Positions 57,929 through 64,000 of a DNA stretch of 64,000 nt are shown piece after piece. A model generated the notes under the pieces. It did no database searches, was not told where the DNA came from, and worked only from the letters and a program-made list of their open reading frames with translations. A program made the translations under genes and the position numbers. The stretch is from contig OY760175.1 of NCBI GenBank assembly GCA_963663165.1, positions 608,001 to 672,000 on the forward strand, read 5' to 3'. Source of the stretch: an uncultured Desulfospira sp. (GTDB taxonomy: Bacteria > Desulfobacterota > Desulfobacteria > Desulfobacterales > Desulfobacteraceae). Position 1 is the stretch's first letter. Each line of letters starts with the position of its first letter.

Positions 57929-59797
57929 ATGTTACTGGTATTAGACAATCAGATCACACAAAATCAAAAGGACCGGATAAAATCGGTACTGGCCGATGAA
58001 GGATGCATTGCCCGTGAAATCACGGACGCGGGAAGGAACCTGATGGCGATTATTGGCAAATCCCTTAAATCACCGGACGAATATAAACAGCTTGACGCCG
58101 TCATGGATGCCATGCCCATTACCACCCCCTATAAACTGGTCAGCCGGGAATTTAAATCTGAAGACACCCGGATTAAAGTTGGGGATGTTACCCTGGGGGG
58201 CGATCGAATCGTCATCATTGCCGGTCCCTGTGCTGTAGAAAGCCGTGAACAGGCCCTGACCATCGCAAAGGAAGTTAAAAAATACGGGGCCGTGCTGTTC
58301 AGGGGCGGGGCCTATAAACCCCGGTCTTCACCATATTCTTTCCAGGGGCTTGAGGAAGACGGATTAAAAATTCTGGCCGAGGTCAGGGAGACCACAGGCC
58401 TTGGTGTGGTGACGGAAATGACGTCCCCGGCCCAGGCTGAACTCATGGAACAATACGTGGATGTGATCCAGATCGGGGCCCGTAACATGCAGAATTTTGA
58501 GCTCTTAAAATGCGTGGGCAAAATGAGCAAGCCCGTGGTGCTTAAACGGGGGCTTGCCTCCACCATCCAGGAATGGCTCATGTCTGCCGAGTATATTGCG
58601 GCGGGTGGAAATGAAAACGTGATTCTCTGTGAACGGGGCATCCGGACCTTTGAGCCCTTCACCAGAAACACCCTGGATCTGTCCGCCATTCCGGTACTAA
58701 AAAAACTCACCCATCTTCCCATCGTCATTGACCCAAGCCATGCCACAGGGATCAGGGAAAAGGTGGCGCCCATGGCAAGGGCTGCCGTAGCCGCCGGGGC
58801 TGATGCCCTGATGATTGAGGTCCACCATGATCCGGACAATGCCTTGTCTGACGGGCCCCAAAGCCTTTATCCCGAACAGTTCGGCAAGCTTGCCCGGGAT
58901 ATTTATGTGATTGCCCCTGTGGTGGGAAAGCAGCTGGACTACGATTACCTTAAAAAATCTGCGGTCATGGGCAAGGTCCATAACGGATCAGTCAAAACAG
59001 CGGCCTATATCGGTGAAAAAGGGGCTTACAGCCATAAGGCGTGCATTTCCTATTTCGGTGATGATGCAAGCTTTCTGTCCATGAACAGTTTTTCCGATAT
59101 TTTTAAGGCGGTGGAAAAAGGCGACGTGGATTACGGCATGGTACCGGTTGAAAACTCTTTATCCGGCTCTATTCATGAAAATTTTGATTTGCTTCAGGCC
59201 CATGACTTAAAAATTATCGGTGATATCACCATCCGGATCAAACATGCCCTGATCGGTATGGCAGGGGCCACCAAATCAGATCTTAAGAAAATCATGGGGC
59301 CGCCGCCGGCGCTGACCCAGTGCAAAGATTACCTGGCCCAGTATCCTGATGTGGAAACCGTACCTGTGGTGGCCACGTCTTCAGCGGTAAAAATGGTACG
59401 GGATATGGCGGATAAATCCTGTGCGGCCATCGGTTCAACCATGGCGGCCAAGGAGTTTGACATGCAGATCATCGAAGAATCCATTGAAGACAATCCCAGA
59501 AACTTCACCCGGTTCGTGGTAATTGCCAGGGAAGACAAAGGACATAAAAAGGTTCATAAATCCTCCATTATTTTTACCACGGGCAACAAGCCCGGTGCCC
59601 TGTTTGAGATCATGAAAATTTTCAGTGAACATGAAATCAACCTGGTCAAGCTTGAGTCCAGGCCGATCCATGGCAAACCCTGGGAATATATGTTTTATAC
59701 CGATCTTGAGGCGGATATTGAAAACCCGGAACTTTCCGGCATGCTGGAAGACCTTAAATCCAAGGCGGAAACTTTCCGGATTATTGGAAGGTATTAA
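57929..59797 (+). CDS. Fused DAHP synthase (type I-beta, N-terminal regulatory domain) and prephenate dehydratase with ACT domain
   Basis: [37 protein letters not shown]; then GAYSH, PVENS, NFTRF, LESRP. Confidence 0.93.
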   Translation: MLLVLDNQITQNQKDRIKSVLADEGCIAREITDAGRNLMAIIGKSLKSPDEYKQLDAVMDAMPITTPYKLVSREFKSEDTRIKVGDVTLGGDRIVIIAGPCAVESREQALTIAKEVKKYGAVLFRGGAYKPRSSPYSFQGLEEDGLKILAEVRETTGLGVVTEMTSPAQAELMEQYVDVIQIGARNMQNFELLKCVGKMSKPVVLKRGLASTIQEWLMSAEYIAAGGNENVILCERGIRTFEPFTRNTLDLSAIPVLKKLTHLPIVIDPSHATGIREKVAPMARAAVAAGADALMIEVHHDPDNALSDGPQSLYPEQFGKLARDIYVIAPVVGKQLDYDYLKKSAVMGKVHNGSVKTAAYIGEKGAYSHKACISYFGDDASFLSMNSFSDIFKAVEKGDVDYGMVPVENSLSGSIHENFDLLQAHDLKIIGDITIRIKHALIGMAGATKSDLKKIMGPPPALTQCKDYLAQYPDVETVPVVATSSAVKMVRDMADKSCAAIGSTMAAKEFDMQIIEESIEDNPRNFTRFVVIAREDKGHKKVHKSSIIFTTGNKPGALFEIMKIFSEHEINLVKLESRPIHGKPWEYMFYTDLEADIENPELSGMLEDLKSKAETFRIIGRY

Positions 59798-59823
59798 TTA
59801 GGTTAACAGGGGTTTGGACTGAC

Positions 59824-59859
59824 GGCTGAAGGGAGTTGGGAATGCACATTCCTTCAGCC
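59824..59859. terminator. Hairpin between convergent genes
   Basis: GGCTGAAGG / CCTTCAGCC; no clear U tract. Confidence 0.45.
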
Positions 59860-59868
59860 TAAACACCT

Positions 59869-60732
59869 TCAGCCTGATCCCCTTTTATTTAACATGCCGG
59901 CGGCGATGGTTGTGCCGATGATGATGGCACCTCCGGCCAGGGTTCTAAAGGAGGGGACTTCATGGAGCAGAAAAAAGGCCAGGATGATGCCGTATACGGG
60001 TTCAAGGCCGGCAATAACGCTGGCGGTCTGGGCCCGGATAAAGGACAGGGAATGGATAAACAGGGTATGGGCAAGGGCCGTGCAAAAAACCCCAAGCACC
60101 ATCAGGTAGGGAAGATCGGACAGGCCCGGCCGGGTTAAGTTCAGACACCAAACCAGTGGCAAAAGGCAGATTGCCGCAGACAGGTTTTGGTAAAAGGCTA
60201 CGGCCACCGGGTTTGAAAATCCGGCGTTTTTCCGGTTGACCAGGGCCAGGACTGCAAAAGTAAATCCTGACAACAGTCCGAAAAACGCCCCCAATGTAAC
60301 CGTGTTACCAAAATCAAGGTCCGGCACCACCAGAACGATTCCGGCAAACACGGCCAGGGCGGTGAAGATGTCGGCTTTCCGTAAGGTTTCCTTAAAAAAA
60401 AGGGGTTCCATAAATGTCACAAACAATGGAAAGCTTGAAAAGGTGACAAGACCTAAGGCCACACTCGAGATCTGGATGGACAGAAAAAAAGTCACCCAGT
60501 GGACGGCCAGCAGCACCCCCTGGAGAACAAAGAGTAAAAACGCCCTGACGGTAAAGCCCGAAAGCCGGTCTCCTGAAACCCACCGGGCATACCCCCAGAG
60601 GGCGGCCGCTCCAAAGCCGGTCCGCCCCAAAACAATAAACACAGGACTGCATGACAGAAATTTTCCAAAGAGCCCGGCAAGGCCGAATAAAAACACGGCA
60701 AAATGAACTAGAAAAAGGCCGTTTTTTGCCAT
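59869..60732 (-). CDS. DMT/EamA family transporter
   Basis: LFGLAGLFGK, HWVTFF and LEPVYGI; about 10 TMs. Confidence 0.88.
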   Translation of the reverse strand: MAKNGLFLVHFAVFLFGLAGLFGKFLSCSPVFIVLGRTGFGAAALWGYARWVSGDRLSGFTVRAFLLFVLQGVLLAVHWVTFFLSIQISSVALGLVTFSSFPLFVTFMEPLFFKETLRKADIFTALAVFAGIVLVVPDLDFGNTVTLGAFFGLLSGFTFAVLALVNRKNAGFSNPVAVAFYQNLSAAICLLPLVWCLNLTRPGLSDLPYLMVLGVFCTALAHTLFIHSLSFIRAQTASVIAGLEPVYGIILAFFLLHEVPSFRTLAGGAIIIGTTIAAGMLNKRGSG

Positions 60733-62414
60733 TATCGGGTCAGCTGCCGGTATTTGATCCGGGTGGGCTGGTCTGCTTTAATGCCCAGCCGTTTTTTTCT
60801 ATCCTTTTCATAGTCTGAATAGGATCCTTCAAAGAACAGGGTCTGGCTGTCCCCTTCAAAGGCCAGGATATGGGTGGCGATACGGTCCAGGAACCAGCGG
60901 TCATGGCTGATAATCACGGCGCAGCCGGCAAAATTTTCAATGGCCTCCTCTAACGCCCGCATGGTGTTGACATCCAGGTCATTGGTGGGTTCGTCCAGCA
61001 GCAGGACATTGGCCTCCTGCCGGAGCAGGGTGGCCATGTGGACCCGGTTGCGCTCCCCGCCCGAGAGGTCTTTAACCCTTTTTTGCTGGTCAGTTCCTGA
61101 AAAGTTGAATTTTCCCACATAGGCCCTGGCATTGATTTCCCTACCGCCCATAAGCAGTTTTTCCTGGCCCTGGGATATGGTTTCAAAGATCGTTTTTTCA
61201 GGGTCAAGGGTGTCCCGCTCCTGGTCTACATAGGCCAGGCGGACACTCTGGCCCAGTTCAATTTTTCCGGAATCCGGGACCTCTTTTCCCGTGATCATGT
61301 TGAACAAGGTGGTCTTGCCCGCCCCGTTGGGACCGATCACACCAACAATGGCCCCGGGGGGCAGGATAAAGTTCATGTCATCCACCAGAAACTTTTCACC
61401 AAAGGCTTTGGAAACCTGCTCGGCTACAATAACCTTGTCCCCGAGCCGGGGCCCTGGTGGAATGAAAATTTCCATTTTCTCTTCCTGGTCTTTGACATCT
61501 TTTTTGAGCAGCTCTTCATAAGCGCTGATCCTGGCCTTGGATTTGGACCGCTTGCCCTTGGGTGACATGTTGATCCATTCCAGTTCCCTTTGAAGGGTTT
61601 TCTGCCGCTTGCTTTCCCCTTTGGCCTCATTGGCCAGTCGTCGTTGTTTCTGGTCCAGCCAGGACGAGTAATTTCCCTTCCAGGGAATGCCTTCTCCCCG
61701 GTCAAGCTCCAGGATCCACCCGGCCACGTTGTCCAGAAAATACCGGTCATGGGTGACGGCAATGACCGTGCCTTCATACTGGCTCAAATGCTGTTCGAGC
61801 CAGGCCACGGACTCAGCGTCCAGGTGGTTGGTGGGCTCGTCCAGAAGCAGGATGTCCGGCTTGCTGAGCAATAGACGGCACAGGGCCACCCGCCGTTTTT
61901 CACCGCCGGAGATCCTGTCCACCCCAACGTCTTCGGGGGGGCATCTGAGAGCATCCATGGCCATTTTCAGCCGGGCGTCCAGGTCCCATGCATCCATGTG
62001 GTCCAGCTTGTCCTGGAGTTTGCCCTGGCGCTCAATGAGCTTGTCCATTTCGTCATCTGACATGGGATTGGCAAACTCTTCGGAAATTTTTTCATACTCT
62101 TTGAGCAGGTCCACCACTTCCTGAACCCCTTCTTCCACCACTTCACGGACAGTTTTTTGACTATCCATTAACGGCTCTTGTTCCAGAAAGCCTATGGTAA
62201 ACCCTTTGGACAAAATGGTTTCACCGGTAAATTCTTTATCAACGCCGGCCATGATTTTAAGCAGGGAGCTTTTCCCCGAGCCGTTTAAGCCCAGGACCCC
62301 GATTTTGGCCCCGTAAAAATACGACAGGGAAATGTCCTTGAGGACCTGGCGTTTGCCATGAAACTTACTCACGTTAATCATGGAAAAAATTACTTTCTTC
62401 GTATCTTCAGTCAT
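60732..62414 (-). CDS. ettA: Energy-dependent translational throttle ABC-F protein EttA
   Basis: Two ABC domains, LSYFYGAKIGVLGLNGSGKS, WILELDRGEGIPWKGNYSSWL, C-terminal RIKYRQL. Confidence 0.96.
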   Translation of the reverse strand: MTEDTKKVIFSMINVSKFHGKRQVLKDISLSYFYGAKIGVLGLNGSGKSSLLKIMAGVDKEFTGETILSKGFTIGFLEQEPLMDSQKTVREVVEEGVQEVVDLLKEYEKISEEFANPMSDDEMDKLIERQGKLQDKLDHMDAWDLDARLKMAMDALRCPPEDVGVDRISGGEKRRVALCRLLLSKPDILLLDEPTNHLDAESVAWLEQHLSQYEGTVIAVTHDRYFLDNVAGWILELDRGEGIPWKGNYSSWLDQKQRRLANEAKGESKRQKTLQRELEWINMSPKGKRSKSKARISAYEELLKKDVKDQEEKMEIFIPPGPRLGDKVIVAEQVSKAFGEKFLVDDMNFILPPGAIVGVIGPNGAGKTTLFNMITGKEVPDSGKIELGQSVRLAYVDQERDTLDPEKTIFETISQGQEKLLMGGREINARAYVGKFNFSGTDQQKRVKDLSGGERNRVHMATLLRQEANVLLLDEPTNDLDVNTMRALEEAIENFAGCAVIISHDRWFLDRIATHILAFEGDSQTLFFEGSYSDYEKDRKKRLGIKADQPTRIKYRQLTR

Positions 62415-62424
62415 TTTGATTCCT

Positions 62425-62799
62425 TTATTTTATAGCTGTCACTTCTATTTCAACCAGGGCATCCTTGGGCAGCCGGCCAACCTCAACGGCTGATCTGGCC
62501 GGTTTATGACCGTTAAGGGCTTTTTCATACACCTGGTTCATGCCGGCAAAATCATCCATGGAAGCCAGAAAAACCGTGGTTTTGATAATTTGATCCAGGC
62601 CGGTTCCGGCAGCCATTAAAACGGCGGAGATATTTTTCATTACCTGATGGGTCTGCGCTTCAATGGTGGTGCCCACAAGTTCCATGGTTTCAGGATCAAG
62701 GGCAATCTGGCCCGAACAGAATACCATATGGTTATGGACCACTGCGTGGCTGTAAGGACCGATGGCCGCCGGGGCCTTGGTTGCATGAATTAAGTTCAT
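62425..62799 (-). CDS. ridA: RidA family enamine/imine deaminase
   Basis: APAAIGPYS, SGQI, KTTVFL, PARSAV and VEIE motifs. Confidence 0.93.
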   Translation of the reverse strand: MNLIHATKAPAAIGPYSHAVVHNHMVFCSGQIALDPETMELVGTTIEAQTHQVMKNISAVLMAAGTGLDQIIKTTVFLASMDDFAGMNQVYEKALNGHKPARSAVEVGRLPKDALVEIEVTAIK

Positions 62800-62821
62800 T
62801 GAACCTCCTTGTTTGAAAAAA

Positions 62822-62897
62822 TTAGCAGTTGGCGTTTAGCCGTTAGCCGGAGAATCAACCCCTAAAGGCGAACAGCTAAACGCTAACAGCTAATCGC
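62822..62897. repeat. Inverted pair of GCTAANN heptamer arrays around a short core
   Basis: TTAGC units at 7-nt period (62822-62847), core GGAGAATCAACCCCTAAA, then GCTAA units (62868-62897). Confidence 0.85.
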
Positions 62898-64000
62898 TCA
62901 TACCGCCACCACCGGCTCTTTGAGGATCAGGTCCACTGCCCGCAGGGCCGTATCTGAAAGCCGGGGGAAATGGTCGTCTAACTTGGCCACCTGTCTTAAG
63001 TTTTCCGCTGTTCTGAGCATAAGCCGGGCAAAATCCCCTTCCGGATAATCCGAGCCGTGCATAAGCTCTTCCCATTCCATGCCCCTGGACCAGGCAAAGG
63101 TTAACAGGGCCGGCTGGATGTACAGGTTGGGGGCCAAAAATCCTTTTTGCAGCATTTTAACGGCAAAGGGTTTGAGGCCTTTTCTTAAGTCCAGGAAGCA
63201 CTCTTTCAGCCGTTTGGACATGGATCCCCTGTAGAGGACATCATCCCGGAACTCTTTTTCATTGACAAAAGAAGCCATGACCGCAGCCAGCAGTGGCGGA
63301 TCTTTTTCAGGCAAAAGGTTCTCCTTGATAGACTCGGCCACTAAAAGCGGCGAATCTATCCTTAATTTGGAGGCCCAGATTCCGTCCGGGGTAAGTTCCC
63401 CTTCCGGGGTGACAAACCCTTCCTGGGCCAGAAAATCCATATGGTCCAGGAAATCAACCCACAGATGTTCCAAATCATCACCAAATTTTTTCCGGGCCAT
63501 TCGGGCGGCCTTTTTCTTGCCTGATGACATTTGAAACGAAGCAAAAGACTTGGAAAGAAGGGTCTGGATCTGATCCGGGGTATGAGACAGCAGCAGGTTC
63601 AGCACCATGGAAAAATTAATTTTGATCTGGGAATCCACATCCAGGGCAGGGGCATCCACAAGGCCGGCCAGATAGGGAATATTCATGTATTTTCCCGGAA
63701 GGGCCATGGCAAATCCGATTTTATCCTTGCCCCTCCGGCCGGCCCGGCCGGCCATCTGCTGAAATTCACTGGGGGACAGGGGGATAAACTCAACCCCGTT
63801 GAACCGGTCAGAGTTTAAGATTACGACTGACCTTGCCGGGAAATTAACCCCGGCGGCCACCGTGGAGGTGGCGAACATGGCATGCAGATATCCTTTGGCC
63901 ATAAGGGTTTCCACCACCACTTTCCAGGCCGGCAGGTGGCCGCTGTGGTGGGCTGCGGTTCCGGTCAGTTCAAGGGATAGCCGCTGGGCATGTTTTTTTA
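62898..64000 (-). CDS. Ski2/HelY-like DEAD/DEAH helicase, C-terminal part (5' end outside the window)
   Basis: AAHHSG near the window end, ATSTVAAGVNFPARSV, QMAGRAGRRG and EGDFAR. Confidence 0.88.
   Translation of the reverse strand, partial: KKHAQRLSLELTGTAAHHSGHLPAWKVVVETLMAKGYLHAMFATSTVAAGVNFPARSVVILNSDRFNGVEFIPLSPSEFQQMAGRAGRRGKDKIGFAMALPGKYMNIPYLAGLVDAPALDVDSQIKINFSMVLNLLLSHTPDQIQTLLSKSFASFQMSSGKKKAARMARKKFGDDLEHLWVDFLDHMDFLAQEGFVTPEGELTPDGIWASKLRIDSPLLVAESIKENLLPEKDPPLLAAVMASFVNEKEFRDDVLYRGSMSKRLKECFLDLRKGLKPFAVKMLQKGFLAPNLYIQPALLTFAWSRGMEWEELMHGSDYPEGDFARLMLRTAENLRQVAKLDDHFPRLSDTALRAVDLILKEPVVAV

Noticed and set aside
1..64000. Selenoproteins (UGA read-through), given selC
   Set aside because: In the Cys-motif genes I checked by eye (iscU-like, cytochrome) no in-frame TGA replaces Cys, and no gene looks truncated at TGA. 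This was not an exhaustive search.

Overview
A mostly core-chromosome segment of a sulfate-reducing deltaproteobacterium. A Desulfobacteraceae-like origin is inferred from gene content and style only. Housekeeping genes: clpA/clpS, secA, an aapJQMP-type amino-acid ABC transporter, surE, selC (tRNA-Sec), larC, pgpA, recA, alaS, yejB/E-like permeases, hpf/raiA, rpsA, sppA, tRNA-Phe, rsmE, pseC, ettA and ridA. There is a type IVa minor-pilin/PilY1 cluster behind a sigma54-type promoter. The main accessory element is an intact 2,777-bp insertion sequence (40272-43048) with perfect 17-bp terminal inverted repeats and a 9-bp target duplication. It carries an ISAs1-related DDE transposase plus a translationally coupled DUF4338 gene whose motifs resemble the phage Mu Mom DNA-modifying GNAT family. 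Non-coding highlights: a Phe-codon attenuator in front of a DAHP synthase-prephenate dehydratase fusion, a dispersed ~92-bp two-hairpin repeat family (5 near-full and 2 partial copies), several heptamer-period repeat arrays, and structured leaders on hpf and rpsA. All assignments come from reading the sequence and recalled family motifs; no searches were run.
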